From a virus (lineage: Duplodnaviria > Caudoviricetes), in the IMG/VR virus record IMGVR_UViG_3300031416_000352, positions 6,245 to 70,244 of that record: a DNA stretch of 64,000 nucleotides, one strand, 5' to 3'. Positions within the stretch are counted from its first letter, which is position 1. Each line of letters starts with the position of its first letter. Both the position numbers and the translations under genes were made by a program. The notes under the pieces are model-generated. The model did not search any database, was not told the DNA's origin, and saw only the letters and a program-made list of their open reading frames with translations. Below are positions 26,023 to 36,668 of the stretch, one piece after another.

Positions 26023-26820
26023 ATGGCCATCACCACCAGCTATCCCAAGGGCATGGAGCGCTTGCTCCAGGGCTCCATCAACTTCGCAACCGACACAATA
26101 AAGGTTGCGCTTGTAACTGACGCTTATACCTACAGCGCTGCTCATGAGTTCGTCTCGCAGCTCGGGACGCGCGTGGGCGACGACATCACCCTGGTCAATA
26201 AATCGATCACGGGCGGGGCCTTTGACGCCGATGACGCAGAGACCGCGCCGCTGGTGCCGGGCAGCACCATCAAGGCTATCGTCATCTACAAGGACACGGG
26301 CAACCCCAGCACTTCGCCGCTGCTGCTGTACCGCGACAACGTGACTGGCTTCCCTCTGGCGACCAACGGCGGCGCGGTCAAGCTGCCATGGGACAACGGG
26401 CCGCTCCGTATCGCTGCACTGCTGGCCCCGTTCTTCCCCGCAGGCGGTGAGCTGGTACTGGGCGCCGGGGTGAATTTCCTCGCCGATGATCTGAAGGTCA
26501 CGCTGCTGCCGGCCTCGTTTGATTCCAGTGGCACCTATCGCTTCCTGGCGGACGTGGGCACCACGCTGGGCACTGCCCAAGCCTTGACCGGCCGCACCAT
26601 CACCGGCGGTGTGTTCAATGCCGACGACGTGGAATTCGGGGCTGTGTCGAGCGGCTCGCCAGGCTCGGTGCTGCTCTACAAGGACACGGGGGTGCCAGAG
26701 ACCTCGCCCGTGCTCCAGCGCATCACCCAGGTGGCAGGCTTCCCATTTGCAGCCAACGGCGGCGGCTTCACGCTTCGCTGGTCTGATGGCGCACTCAAGA
26801 TTTTCAGCCTGATCCCGTAA
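26023..26820 (+). CDS. Virion structural protein made of two tandem ~130-aa homologous domains
   Basis: Both halves share ITGG.F.ADD, YKDTG.P.TSP.L and GFP.A.NGG...L.W..G. Confidence 0.75.
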   Translation: MAITTSYPKGMERLLQGSINFATDTIKVALVTDAYTYSAAHEFVSQLGTRVGDDITLVNKSITGGAFDADDAETAPLVPGSTIKAIVIYKDTGNPSTSPLLLYRDNVTGFPLATNGGAVKLPWDNGPLRIAALLAPFFPAGGELVLGAGVNFLADDLKVTLLPASFDSSGTYRFLADVGTTLGTAQALTGRTITGGVFNADDVEFGAVSSGSPGSVLLYKDTGVPETSPVLQRITQVAGFPFAANGGGFTLRWSDGALKIFSLIP

Positions 26821-26829
26821 GGAGGCGCC

Positions 26830-27921
26830 ATGGCAATTGACGCCTTCTCCAACAACGCATCCGGCGCCATCACTGTGGCGCTGGGGAGCGAGGACACGGT
26901 TATCACGCTGCCAGACGACGGCAGCGCAGACCGTTTCGCTGATCTCTCGCAGGGACTCATGCAGCGCGCAACCCTGTCCAATCCAGCTGTTCCTGGCCAA
27001 ATCGAGATCGTCTACATCACCGCCAAGGATGGCTTCAACTTCACGGTGAAGCGCAATCAGGAGGACACCTTTGCAGCCGTTGATTGGCCCGCGGGCACCA
27101 CGCTTGACGCGCGGGTTACGGCCGGCATGCTGGGACGATTTCTGCGTGCTGACGACAAAGGGGTCTTCAAGACCACGGGCGGCGAGGGTGGTGCAGGTGG
27201 AACCAGCTTCCTCGTCAACACCAAGGTGGAGCGGGACTCGCGTGTGGTGCAACTGGCTGGAGTGCAAATGCTGCACCGGCCCGGCGCCGCGCTGACCACT
27301 ACCTTCTCTGCTGGCCGCTATTCCCAAGACATGAACATGTCGGTGGAGTCCGTGGGCGGCTCCTGCTTTGTGGAGCTGGGTGACAACATCGAAACCTGGC
27401 AGGCCGGGCAGACCTACTCAGGTCGGGTCATTGTGGCACCCCCCACTGCGACGGGTTTCAACTACCTCTTTGAACCTCTGGATCCGCAGTTCCAGTACAC
27501 CCGCAGCGCCGAAGACCCTGGATTTGATGACTCGGGCTATGCCATCGAGGCGTACAACCCTGACAGCAGCGGGGAGGGTGAGCCAGTTCTGACGGGCCAA
27601 TGGCTGCCGCTCACGATTCCCCTGGCCGTAGAGCTGAACCTGCCCAGTGTTGCGGCCGGCGTAGCGCTGACCGAGGTGGGCTTTATCTGCTACGAATACG
27701 ACGCTACCACGGCGCCAGTGATCTCGATTGGTCTTGAGGCGGATGGCGACCTTGTGAGCGCGCAGGCGCTCTCTGGCATCTCTGGCGAGAAGCAAATCCA
27801 GCGCTTTGCCGTCACGCATATCGGGGCCTTGGCCGGCAAGATCATGTTCAAGGTGGACACGCCCGCCACCGGGCGGTTCTATGGCCGCTTCTACTGGCGC
27901 GGGATGGTCTTTGACCAGTGA
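26830..27921 (+). CDS. Putative tail protein
   Basis: N-terminal FSNNA...VKRNQEDT....WPAGT....RVTAG domain common in phage tail proteins. Confidence 0.7.
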   Translation: MAIDAFSNNASGAITVALGSEDTVITLPDDGSADRFADLSQGLMQRATLSNPAVPGQIEIVYITAKDGFNFTVKRNQEDTFAAVDWPAGTTLDARVTAGMLGRFLRADDKGVFKTTGGEGGAGGTSFLVNTKVERDSRVVQLAGVQMLHRPGAALTTTFSAGRYSQDMNMSVESVGGSCFVELGDNIETWQAGQTYSGRVIVAPPTATGFNYLFEPLDPQFQYTRSAEDPGFDDSGYAIEAYNPDSSGEGEPVLTGQWLPLTIPLAVELNLPSVAAGVALTEVGFICYEYDATTAPVISIGLEADGDLVSAQALSGISGEKQIQRFAVTHIGALAGKIMFKVDTPATGRFYGRFYWRGMVFDQ

Positions 27922-27928
27922 TTGAGCC

Positions 27929-28615
27929 ATGAGCTACCCCCTTATCAACGGCGCCGCGATCAACGCAGACAGCGCAGCAGAGAACACCATCCCGGGGCTG
28001 TTGCTGTGCGCGGCCGGTGTACCCCTGGCGGTGTTCAAGTTCGATGTCGCAGGCTCCATGGTTTGGGGCTTTGGGGCACTGGCGGCCAAGATCGGCGAGG
28101 ACGTTGAGCTCTACCTGCCGGGCCTCAGCCTGGTGCAGAGCCCTTGGCACAGCGCGGAAGCCAGCCAGCCACCGGCCAGCACGGCATTCTCTGTGTCGGG
28201 CTCTCGCGCGCTGGCCATCGGCGCCATGCGTGCTGTGCCCGGCAGCTTGGAAGGCCAGGCGCAAGGCGCCGTGGTCCTGGGGTGCGGCGCGCTGGCGGCC
28301 GAGCCTGTGGGATTTGCGGCCGGCGCCAAGGTCTTGGGGCTGGGTGAAGTTTCCGCTTTGCGCATCGGCACGGTGCAGTCAGCGCGCGTGCTCGGTATGG
28401 GCGGCGTGTCGGTGGTCAGCTCTGTGGTCATCCCCGGCGTGTCGCTATGCCGGGCCGGGCCCGTCGCCGCGACACTCGCCGGCATGGATGGCCAGGTTGA
28501 GGGCTCGCAGGTGCTTGGGTTTGGTGGGCTGACGGTGTCCTATGCCTTCCGCTTGGGCCAGTCTTTGGCGCTAGGCATCGGGGCAATGCGGGTCGAAAGG
28601 GATAGCGAATGCTGA
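27929..28615 (+). CDS. Hypothetical virion protein, Gly/Ala/Val-rich
   Basis: YPLINGAAIN N-terminus; operon context. Confidence 0.65.
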   Translation: MSYPLINGAAINADSAAENTIPGLLLCAAGVPLAVFKFDVAGSMVWGFGALAAKIGEDVELYLPGLSLVQSPWHSAEASQPPASTAFSVSGSRALAIGAMRAVPGSLEGQAQGAVVLGCGALAAEPVGFAAGAKVLGLGEVSALRIGTVQSARVLGMGGVSVVSSVVIPGVSLCRAGPVAATLAGMDGQVEGSQVLGFGGLTVSYAFRLGQSLALGIGAMRVERDSEC

Positions 28616-29775
28616 CATTTGAATCGTTCACCGGCATCAACAATGTGCAGCCAGCGCATCGGCTGTCGGGCAGCGACCTGCTGGCGGCCGAGAACGTGGA
28701 CATCGGGCTGACGGGCGAGATTACCCGCCGCGGCGGTCTGGCCCTGGTGGACGAGCGCTGCCACAAGAACCTGCACCAAGCTGCCAGCTTCATGCTGGCT
28801 ACCGTAGGCCCGGTGCTGACTGCCATCCACCCCGATGGCGCGCGGCATGTGATCCATCCGGCCATGGGTTCGGACCGGGTCTGGTACTGCGACCTGCCCG
28901 ACGGCCGCGTGACCTACAGCAACGGCCTGATCCAGGGCGTGACGGATGGCCTGGCTGGGCGCGAGCGCAGCGTGCCTGCGCCACAGGGCCTTGGCGCCCC
29001 GGATCTGGGCTTTGGCCAACTGCACCCAGGCAACTACCGATACCACCTGAGCTACGTGCGCCTGGCCGATCATCTGGAGGGGCCTGCCATCAGCTCGGAG
29101 CCCATCACCATCGCCCAAGGCGGCCTGCACCTCGACGCACTGCCGGTACTCGATGGCCACGCGATCAATGTCTACCTGAGCGGCAAGGACGGGGAGGGCG
29201 CCTACTTGGCTGGCACGACCACCGATGCCAGCTTCCAGTACGCGGGCACCAACGCGGCCCTGGTGCTGCCCTGCCGCACGCTGGGCGCGCAGAGCTTCCC
29301 GGTGGGCACGATCACGGCCTTCTGGCGTGGCCGCGTCCTGGTGGCCCAGGGCAATGTGCTGTGGGCGAGCCGCCCCAATGCTCCGCACCTGAGCGACTGG
29401 CGCGACTTCAAGCAGCTGGCCGGCAAGATCACCGCCATTCAGCCCGTGGATGACGGCGTCTACGTGGGCACCGATCAGGACCTGCTGTACCTGGGCGGCA
29501 CCACCTGGGATGGGCTGGTGTACCAGCCGACCAAGCGCGGGCCGGTGGTGCTGGGCTCTGGCGTGTCGGTGCGCGGCGATAAGGTCAAGTTCGGCGATGG
29601 GGCGGGCTCTGGCATGGCCATGCTGTGCATAGCCGGCGGAGAGATGGTGGCCGGCTTCAACCAGGGCCAGACCACCAGCCTCACGGCCAACCGCTACAAA
29701 ACCGATGTGCAGGAGGTCTGCGCCACCTTTCGCGAGGTGGACGGCATCCCGCAGTACCTGGCGATTCCGCAATGA
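28609..29775 (+). CDS. Tail stabilisation/nozzle-like protein
   Basis: FTGINNV...L.AAENVDI...G.ITRRGG N-terminus; beta-rich. Confidence 0.72.
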   Translation: MLTFESFTGINNVQPAHRLSGSDLLAAENVDIGLTGEITRRGGLALVDERCHKNLHQAASFMLATVGPVLTAIHPDGARHVIHPAMGSDRVWYCDLPDGRVTYSNGLIQGVTDGLAGRERSVPAPQGLGAPDLGFGQLHPGNYRYHLSYVRLADHLEGPAISSEPITIAQGGLHLDALPVLDGHAINVYLSGKDGEGAYLAGTTTDASFQYAGTNAALVLPCRTLGAQSFPVGTITAFWRGRVLVAQGNVLWASRPNAPHLSDWRDFKQLAGKITAIQPVDDGVYVGTDQDLLYLGGTTWDGLVYQPTKRGPVVLGSGVSVRGDKVKFGDGAGSGMAMLCIAGGEMVAGFNQGQTTSLTANRYKTDVQEVCATFREVDGIPQYLAIPQ

Positions 29776-32159
29776 GCCTGTGGAACCCCTACGCATTCAC
29801 CCCCACTGGAGCTCGCGCCTCGGTGTCGGCGCCGCCCGCGCTGCGCGTCATCGGCGGCCGGGCATCGGGTGAACAGATGGGGATGGCCCAGGCTGCCTTT
29901 GCCAAGTTCTGCGGCCGCAGCCGGGTTTCCTTCTGGCAAAACCCCAACGAGCAGGGCATGCTGCCGGACGGCTCCCGCTACAAGATCATGGTGGTGGGCA
30001 ACAGCACGGTGATGACGATCTGGCCCGTGAATGCCCAGAGCAAGCCGCCAGGCAGGATGGGCATCATGCTCACCACCAAGGTGAACGACAGCTACATCAG
30101 CAAGCTGTTTACCCCAGGTGGAGAATTCGACAAGCCTGACGGGACCTGGGAGGTGACCGACCTGCAGGCAGGCAGCCGCGATGGGGTCTATGTCACTTCA
30201 AGTTTCGGCGGCAAGTTTCCCGCATGGGCCCAGAACCGCACCTTCGCGACGCCAACCAAGCTCAGCTATATCACGAGTTACGGTGGTTATGGCAACCGCC
30301 GCTTTATCCAAGCCTACCCCCAGCTCGACGGCGCGCCGGTGGCACTGCTTGACAGCCGCACGCTACTGACGCTGGTGCGCTCGCGCGGTGGACTGGAACT
30401 GCACCGCCTGACGATGCTCAAACCCGGCGAACTGTTCCCCCCCAGCGAGAACCCATATGCACTGGATCCGGTCGAGCAAACCTTCGACATCAAGCTCCAC
30501 CAGAACCTAGTCATTGGCGACATGGCCGAAAGCGTCCCTTTCGCCGAAGACTTTTGCATCAGCAAGGACGGCAGCCGCGTGCTGGCGGTGTACCAGGGCG
30601 AGGGCACGGTGATCGTGCCTGGGGTGCCAGAGAACGGACAGATTGTTCGATGGGCCGCGCCGAATGCGCCGCAGCTCGGGGCAGAGCTCAATTCTGACGG
30701 CAGGGCCGTGTATGGCTACACCGATGGGGGCTTCAATGACCGGCCCAGGGATCGTTGGGTGCAGGCTCGCGAAGCCAATTACCGAGTTGCTGAATACCGC
30801 ATGCAGGGCGGGAGCCTCTCCCGCACGGAGCTTGTGTTTAATCAAACCGGCGCATTTGTCGATGTCGAGCCTATTGCGGACTGGCGCATCAATTTCTTCG
30901 GCTCGGCCCCAAGCACTGAATACAACATCGGGCCCAATCTCTGGGGAAACACGCTCTCGCGTAATCAGCCAGTCTGGTCCAACCGCTCAGCCCCAATGGT
31001 GGTGATCACAAACCGAGAGTACCTCGGGGATGACGCCAACGGCAATCCCATGTACCGCACTACCTGGAAAGGTGCAGGGCCCGTGTCTGCAACGGAGGAA
31101 TCCAGTTGGAAGGGTAAGAATGTTCTGCTGAACTACTTCGCCGGTAACGAGCGGGTGGTCCTGGTGGTCGAGTCGGAGGGGCGCTATTCATTGACCGCCA
31201 GCGGAAACTTCGATGAGACGGCTGACATCTGGACGGATTCGTCCAGGAACAATGCCAGCAAGGAGCACAACGATGGCGGGACTATCTCTCGCTCTAGCAC
31301 CTCGTACGTGACGCTCAACAGCGGGGAGAAATTCCAGCTCATAGAGCAGGTGGTCTCTGAGAGCGGGTCTTTTACCTCGCGCCAGGTGAATGCAGAGCAC
31401 ACCAACCAGGCGGAATTGTGGGTGGACAACTGGACAACCTCGGATGTGTCCTATTCAGCAAAGCTGCTGTCCAGAGGCATCTACGTGTATGACCCATCGC
31501 TCTATCTACTGGTCTACACGGAGGGCACGGCTGAGCATTCTGGCGGGTTTGCTTATGACGCTCATACATGGACACACAACAAAGGCGCACTGCGTGACAA
31601 CGGGACAGATTCCTCCCTGTCCAACAACTGCCCCTTGCCCGATCCAAAATTCAGCTTGGTTATCCGCTTTGGCAATACGAAGCTCACTTTTCCAATCCAG
31701 CTGAGGACCGATGACGCCATTGCTCGAAAGCGTGCACGCCTGTCATGGGGCGTGACCTGCGGCGTGGAGCCGGAGTGGCAGCTACCTGCAAAAGGGTTGA
31801 TCACTATCAACAGTGGCCGGACCTTTGGCACGCCCCCTGGTTTTCGGGAGAACGGCCAGCAATGGGGGGTGAACGAAGGGCGCGTGGTCAATTCGACCTA
31901 CGCCTTTTTCGAGACCATCCCCCGCTGCGTTCCCTTGGGATGCTCCATGCCCACCATCGAGGTGTACTACGCCAAAGACCCGTGGACAGGTGCCGCGCTG
32001 CTGCTCATCAAACCCTACCAGATAGTCGGCGGCATTTCTGTGAATCTCACGGTAGACGAGCCCATGGCCTTCGCCATTGATCGCCAGGGGGTCAAGCGGC
32101 TATCTGCCATCGATGCCAGCGTGCTGGTCAACCAAACCACGAACATCAACCCAGAATGA
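29772..32159 (+). CDS. Large tail protein, putative receptor-binding or nozzle protein with divergent body
   Basis: 795 aa from ATG 29772; N-terminal LRVIGG...GMLPDG domain; aromatic/Ser/Thr/Asn-rich lower-GC remainder. Confidence 0.7.
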   Translation: MSLWNPYAFTPTGARASVSAPPALRVIGGRASGEQMGMAQAAFAKFCGRSRVSFWQNPNEQGMLPDGSRYKIMVVGNSTVMTIWPVNAQSKPPGRMGIMLTTKVNDSYISKLFTPGGEFDKPDGTWEVTDLQAGSRDGVYVTSSFGGKFPAWAQNRTFATPTKLSYITSYGGYGNRRFIQAYPQLDGAPVALLDSRTLLTLVRSRGGLELHRLTMLKPGELFPPSENPYALDPVEQTFDIKLHQNLVIGDMAESVPFAEDFCISKDGSRVLAVYQGEGTVIVPGVPENGQIVRWAAPNAPQLGAELNSDGRAVYGYTDGGFNDRPRDRWVQAREANYRVAEYRMQGGSLSRTELVFNQTGAFVDVEPIADWRINFFGSAPSTEYNIGPNLWGNTLSRNQPVWSNRSAPMVVITNREYLGDDANGNPMYRTTWKGAGPVSATEESSWKGKNVLLNYFAGNERVVLVVESEGRYSLTASGNFDETADIWTDSSRNNASKEHNDGGTISRSSTSYVTLNSGEKFQLIEQVVSESGSFTSRQVNAEHTNQAELWVDNWTTSDVSYSAKLLSRGIYVYDPSLYLLVYTEGTAEHSGGFAYDAHTWTHNKGALRDNGTDSSLSNNCPLPDPKFSLVIRFGNTKLTFPIQLRTDDAIARKRARLSWGVTCGVEPEWQLPAKGLITINSGRTFGTPPGFRENGQQWGVNEGRVVNSTYAFFETIPRCVPLGCSMPTIEVYYAKDPWTGAALLLIKPYQIVGGISVNLTVDEPMAFAIDRQGVKRLSAIDASVLVNQTTNINPE

Positions 32160-32596
32160 ACGCCATTGTCCTCAACACCCTCACCGGGGCCGTGAGCGAG
32201 TACACCCGCCACGAGTTCCAAAGCATCACACCTACCCATGCGGGCGCGGCCACCGGCCTGTACGCCTTGGGCGGCGACCTGGACGTTGACCTGCCGATCG
32301 TGGCCATCATCCGGCTGCCGGCCACCCTGCGTGAGTCCACCCTTAAAAAGCGCATCGATATGGCCTACCTGTCTATGCGCGGGGAGGGCTGCGCGCAGTT
32401 CAGCGTGCTGGGCCCCGATGACTTCCCCTGGGACTACCAGTTTCCCCTGCGCAGCAGCGGGCAGACCCGGTGCCAGGTGGGCAAGGGCATCCGCGAGAAC
32501 TACCTGGGCTTTGCGCTCAGCAACCCCGCCGGCCAGGCTTTCACCCTCGATCGCATCGAGATCCTGACCCTCGAATCCAAAACACGGAGAGTTTGA
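32156..32596 (+). CDS. Hypothetical tail protein
   Basis: MNAIVLNTLTGAVSEY...RCQVGKGIRENY; ATGA-coupled. Confidence 0.72.
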   Translation: MNAIVLNTLTGAVSEYTRHEFQSITPTHAGAATGLYALGGDLDVDLPIVAIIRLPATLRESTLKKRIDMAYLSMRGEGCAQFSVLGPDDFPWDYQFPLRSSGQTRCQVGKGIRENYLGFALSNPAGQAFTLDRIEILTLESKTRRV

Positions 32597-32597
32597 T

Positions 32598-34409
32598 ATG
32601 GCAACCGATGTCAACGGCCCAGCCGAAATAGTCAAGGACAAATACCTGCAGTCCCTCACTTTTGCCGACAAGGCTTTTAAGCAGGTAGACAACTTCAGTA
32701 ATGAGCTGGGCAAGAGCACCTACCAACCAGCGCAGATCAGCGTGCAGTGGGCCACGCTTGCCGCGCCCAATCTTCCGGCCATTCCTGATGTTCCAGACCT
32801 GCCAGCCTTAGAGCTGCAGCTGCCCGCTGACATGCCCGCAGCATTCAACGGCAGCATGCGCGATGTCGCATTCAGTGACTTTGGGGTCGCGGCGCCGACG
32901 CTGAACTTTGGTGTGGCGCCAACGCTCACCATAGGCCAGGCGCCAAGCTTGCCGCAGATGCGCGAGGTGGCGCTGCCGGATGCGCCAGAGGTGACCATGC
33001 CGGAGCTTCCCCAGCTGCTGACCCTCACCACGCACACCTTTGGTGGCGTGAACCTGCATGAGGATTGGCTCGACAAGCTCGACGAAATCCCCGCGCTGTC
33101 GGTGCTGCAGCCAGCGCCCATGAAACACACGCCTGGGCAAAAGTATGCTTCCCAGCTGCTGGACGGCCTCAAGGCAACACTGACGGCCCGCATCAACGGC
33201 GGCACTGGCCTTTCGCCAGCGGTGGAGCAGCAGATCTGGGACCGCGCACGCGACCGGGAAACCTACCTGGCGCTGGCCCGGGAGCAGGAAGTGCAACGCA
33301 GTGCCGAGGCCCTGGGCTTCCCTTTGCCAGGTGGAGTGATGGCCGGCCAACTGGCCGATGCCCGCCGCGAATACCACGACAAGCTCTCAGGCCTGAGCCG
33401 CGACGTGTCGATCAAGCAGGCCGAGTTGGAGCAGCAAAACCTGCGTGACAGCATCCAGTCCGCGCTGCAGCTGGAATCGGCTCTCATGGACCAGCACTAC
33501 AAGTGGGAAATGCTGGTATTCGAGTCCTCCAAGGCAGCGGCAGACAATGCCATCGCCATCCACAACGCCTCGTTGGAGCACTTCAAGGCTCTGCTGGCCG
33601 GCTACCAGGCCTACGCCTCTGCCTACGACACGGTGATCCGGGCTGAGATGTCGAAGGTGGAGGTGTTCAAGCAGCTTCTCCAGGCCGAGCAGGTCAAGGC
33701 TGACATCAACAAGAGCCTGGTGGATCGCTACAAGGCCGAGATCGAAGGAACTATGGCGTCCGTCGAAATCTACAAGGCCCGGGTGGGTGCAGCCCAGACC
33801 CTGGTGGAGCTGGAGCGCACGCACATCCAGGCCGGTGGCGAGCAGATCAAGGCCTTTGTGGCCGGGGTCAACGCTGAGCAGTCCAAGGTCGAGTTGCACA
33901 AGGCGCAGATCAGCGCCGAGGCCACCAAGGTGGATGCCTATGGCCGGATGGTTCAGGCCTACAGTGCTCGCGTGGGCGCCCAGGCCGAGCGCGCCCGGGT
34001 GGAAGTGGCACGCTTTCAGGCGCTCATCTCGGCCAAGGGGCTGGAGTGGGATGGTTGGAAAGCCCGCCTGTCGGCCGCATCGGCCCAGGTGGAAGCAGCG
34101 GCCCGAGCATCCTCTGTACTCATGGATGGATATCGTGCAGGCGCCTATGCCTCCGAGGCACAGGCCAACTCGCTGATGTACCGCTGGCAATCTGACATCA
34201 AACAGTACGAGGCAGGCAAAGAGCTGACGTTCCGGGTTCAAAAAGCCAATAGTGACGCTATCACTCACGCCAATGATGCGCGGATCGAGATCAACAAGGT
34301 ACAACTCGCCACCAGCACGCAACAAGTTGCATCTGCATGGAGCATGGTATCTGCCACGGCGCAGATCTCCGCGAGCTCGCAGGACACCTACAGCCACCAG
34401 GTGAATTGA
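32598..34409 (+). CDS. Virion protein with long coiled-coil C-terminal half
   Basis: 603 aa; Pro-rich N-terminus and helical A/E/Q-rich C-terminus. Confidence 0.75.
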   Translation: MATDVNGPAEIVKDKYLQSLTFADKAFKQVDNFSNELGKSTYQPAQISVQWATLAAPNLPAIPDVPDLPALELQLPADMPAAFNGSMRDVAFSDFGVAAPTLNFGVAPTLTIGQAPSLPQMREVALPDAPEVTMPELPQLLTLTTHTFGGVNLHEDWLDKLDEIPALSVLQPAPMKHTPGQKYASQLLDGLKATLTARINGGTGLSPAVEQQIWDRARDRETYLALAREQEVQRSAEALGFPLPGGVMAGQLADARREYHDKLSGLSRDVSIKQAELEQQNLRDSIQSALQLESALMDQHYKWEMLVFESSKAAADNAIAIHNASLEHFKALLAGYQAYASAYDTVIRAEMSKVEVFKQLLQAEQVKADINKSLVDRYKAEIEGTMASVEIYKARVGAAQTLVELERTHIQAGGEQIKAFVAGVNAEQSKVELHKAQISAEATKVDAYGRMVQAYSARVGAQAERARVEVARFQALISAKGLEWDGWKARLSAASAQVEAAARASSVLMDGYRAGAYASEAQANSLMYRWQSDIKQYEAGKELTFRVQKANSDAITHANDARIEINKVQLATSTQQVASAWSMVSATAQISASSQDTYSHQVN

Positions 34410-34418
34410 CGTACCCCG

Positions 34419-34461
34419 TATAGGGTTCGACGTTCATGGCCGGGCGCTTGACACTGCATGC
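34419..34461 (+). promoter_or_regulatory. Late promoter 5, predicted leaderless
   Basis: TATAGGGTT (34419-34427), 22 nt, GACACT (34450-34455), 6 nt, ATG; no SD. Confidence 0.78.
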
Positions 34462-34908
34462 ATGACAGCCCCGGCACACCTTTGCTACACGATCTACCAG
34501 GGAGCGACGTTCCGGCGTCGCTTCCGGTGGTGCACCGCGCCATATCCCACCAAGCTCCTCAACGGCAAGCTGGTGCATGCGCAGACCGGCCGGCCTGTTC
34601 CCGACACTGATCTGGTGCCGGTGGACCTGACGGGCTGCACGGCCCGCACGCAGCTGCGCTCGGACGTGCTTGCGCCTGACGTGTTGCTGGAGCTCACCAC
34701 CGAGAACGGCCGGATCGACCTGTCTCTGGGTGATGGGCACATTGCTTTTTTCCTGGACGCCGCGACTACCGCTGGCTTGCCTTATGGCGAGTCTCCGCCC
34801 ACGCGCTGGCGCACTGCCGTTGGCCAACTGGAGGTGGTGCACCCTAATGGCGATGTGACGCGCGCGGCCGAGATCTCCTGGAGCCTGAATCCTGAGGGCA
34901 CGCGATGA
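34462..34908 (+). CDS. Tail fibre adaptor-like protein (BppU-like)
   Basis: IYQGATF...PVDLTGCTARTQLR...LLELTTENGRI motif. Confidence 0.75.
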   Translation: MTAPAHLCYTIYQGATFRRRFRWCTAPYPTKLLNGKLVHAQTGRPVPDTDLVPVDLTGCTARTQLRSDVLAPDVLLELTTENGRIDLSLGDGHIAFFLDAATTAGLPYGESPPTRWRTAVGQLEVVHPNGDVTRAAEISWSLNPEGTR

Positions 34909-35411
34909 ACTGCGAAAGCCCTGTTTTGTTCGACCTGCTTCCCGGCGGCATCCTGGTGACGCCCGAGCAAAGCCATGTGGTGGTGGACCGGGAAGAAGTC
35001 ACCCATGTGGTGATCGCACCTGGCGAGCAGGGGCCCCCAGGGCCTGCTGGCCCGCCCGGTGGAGGTGGCGATCAATACGTGACGCGCACCGCTGGCCAGA
35101 CCATCAGCGCCAACCGCGTGCTGTATGACCGGGCAGGCCTTGTGTATCCACTGGGCCAGACGGATGGCGACAACATTTTCGCCATCTTGGGGCTGTCCGT
35201 GTCGGCCGGCCAGACAGGTGCACAGATTTCTGTACAGCGCAGCGGCACGGTGAGCGACTCGGGCTGGTCCTGGGCATATGGCCGTGTGTACCTGGGCTCC
35301 AACGGGCAACTGACCCAAACCCCGCCTTCCAGCGGCTTTTCTGTGCTGATCGGCTTTGCAGCCACTGCGACCAGCATCAATCTTTCAATCAACGATCCAA
35401 TCGAGGTGTGA
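34905..35411 (+). CDS. Hypothetical tail-associated protein with short collagen-like motif
   Basis: GEQGPPGPAGPPG; C-terminal YLGSNGQLTQTPP...LIGFAATATSI. Confidence 0.7.
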   Translation: MNCESPVLFDLLPGGILVTPEQSHVVVDREEVTHVVIAPGEQGPPGPAGPPGGGGDQYVTRTAGQTISANRVLYDRAGLVYPLGQTDGDNIFAILGLSVSAGQTGAQISVQRSGTVSDSGWSWAYGRVYLGSNGQLTQTPPSSGFSVLIGFAATATSINLSINDPIEV

Positions 35412-35412
35412 T

Positions 35413-35931
35413 ATGCCACAAGGTTTTTTGGCCCTGGTGGGCGGCAAGGTAAAACAGATTTTTGGCATCGCCACTTCGGCGGGTGCTGCAGACGCGGGCA
35501 AGTACCCGGTGCTGGACAGCGCGGGCAAGATCGACATGAGCATGATGCCCGCTGGCATCGGTGCCAACACGAAGATCGCGCCGGCTTTCGAGGCCTTGGG
35601 CACTGGCAAGTTCGTGAACCTGTTTTCTGATGCGGGCACCCTCAAGGCGCGCCTGGCTGACAACTCCAACAACCGGCCGGCCCACGGGTTTGTGCTGGCA
35701 GCAGTGGCCTCGGCCGCGAATGCGACCATCTTCCCGCTGGATGTGGCCAACACTGCGCTGACCGGACTCACCTTGGGCAACGACTACTGGCTGGGCACGG
35801 CAGGCGATGTGACCCTGACCCCGCTGGACGCCACTGATGTCGGCAACGTGAACAAGGTCAACCAGATGCTGGGCACGGCCATGAGCGCGACTGAGCTGCG
35901 CACTGACGACTACGGCTTCCAGATTCTGTAA
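35413..35931 (+). CDS. Hypothetical tail-associated protein
   Basis: SAGAADAGK...LDSAGKIDMSMMP and AHGFVLAAV motifs. Confidence 0.72.
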   Translation: MPQGFLALVGGKVKQIFGIATSAGAADAGKYPVLDSAGKIDMSMMPAGIGANTKIAPAFEALGTGKFVNLFSDAGTLKARLADNSNNRPAHGFVLAAVASAANATIFPLDVANTALTGLTLGNDYWLGTAGDVTLTPLDATDVGNVNKVNQMLGTAMSATELRTDDYGFQIL

Positions 35932-35936
35932 AGCAC

Positions 35937-36665
35937 ATGGGCATCCGTAAGCCACTCGTCCTCAACGGGGGAATCCCGAGGCAGCTGCCTGCCGGGGATG
36001 CCGTCGTGGCGCCGACTCGGCTGGTGCCAGTGCGCATGGCCGACGGCGTGACGGTGCGGGAGGTGGCGGTGAGCAGCGCGGGTCCAGCCATGGTTGTCTT
36101 TGCCAATGGCACCAGCGCGGAAGTGGCGGCGGCCAATGCAGCCGTTTGGCTGCTGACGCAGGATCCAGCCCCGCCTGATCCGGTGGACCTATCCGGCAAG
36201 CTGGATGTGGATTTCAGCGGGCTCGCGGATGGCGTCGCTCCACAGGTGTCCGACCTCTGGCCGGTGCGCCGGGGCTCGTCTACCTTCAAGCTGTCGGTGC
36301 AGGCGCTGCTGACCTGGCTGCTAGGCTCGGCCCGGAACTGGCTGGGCGTGCAGACCTTCTCTGCAGGTGCAGTGCTGGGTGAGCAGTCACTGGTCATCAA
36401 GTCCAAGACGATAGATACCACGCTGACCAGCAGCACTGTTGGTGTTGACCTTGTTGTCCATGGCTTGGTTCAGGCAGACATTCTGAGCGTTCAAGGCATG
36501 GTTTTTTCCACTGCTGGGCATTGGATCGGCGTGAACAGCATCTATGCCGATTCTCAATGGGCATTCAGCGTAAGCGCGACGAATCTTCGAGCCGCAGTAA
36601 CAGCCTCCGCCAGCGCAGCTGTCTCCGGGCGCCCGGCGCGTTTCCATATTTGGTACAAGGGATGA
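35937..36665 (+). CDS. Short tail fibre-like protein
   Basis: MGIRKPLVLNGG N-terminus; lower-GC beta-rich C-terminal tip. Confidence 0.65.
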   Translation: MGIRKPLVLNGGIPRQLPAGDAVVAPTRLVPVRMADGVTVREVAVSSAGPAMVVFANGTSAEVAAANAAVWLLTQDPAPPDPVDLSGKLDVDFSGLADGVAPQVSDLWPVRRGSSTFKLSVQALLTWLLGSARNWLGVQTFSAGAVLGEQSLVIKSKTIDTTLTSSTVGVDLVVHGLVQADILSVQGMVFSTAGHWIGVNSIYADSQWAFSVSATNLRAAVTASASAAVSGRPARFHIWYKG

Positions 36666-36668
36666 TCT

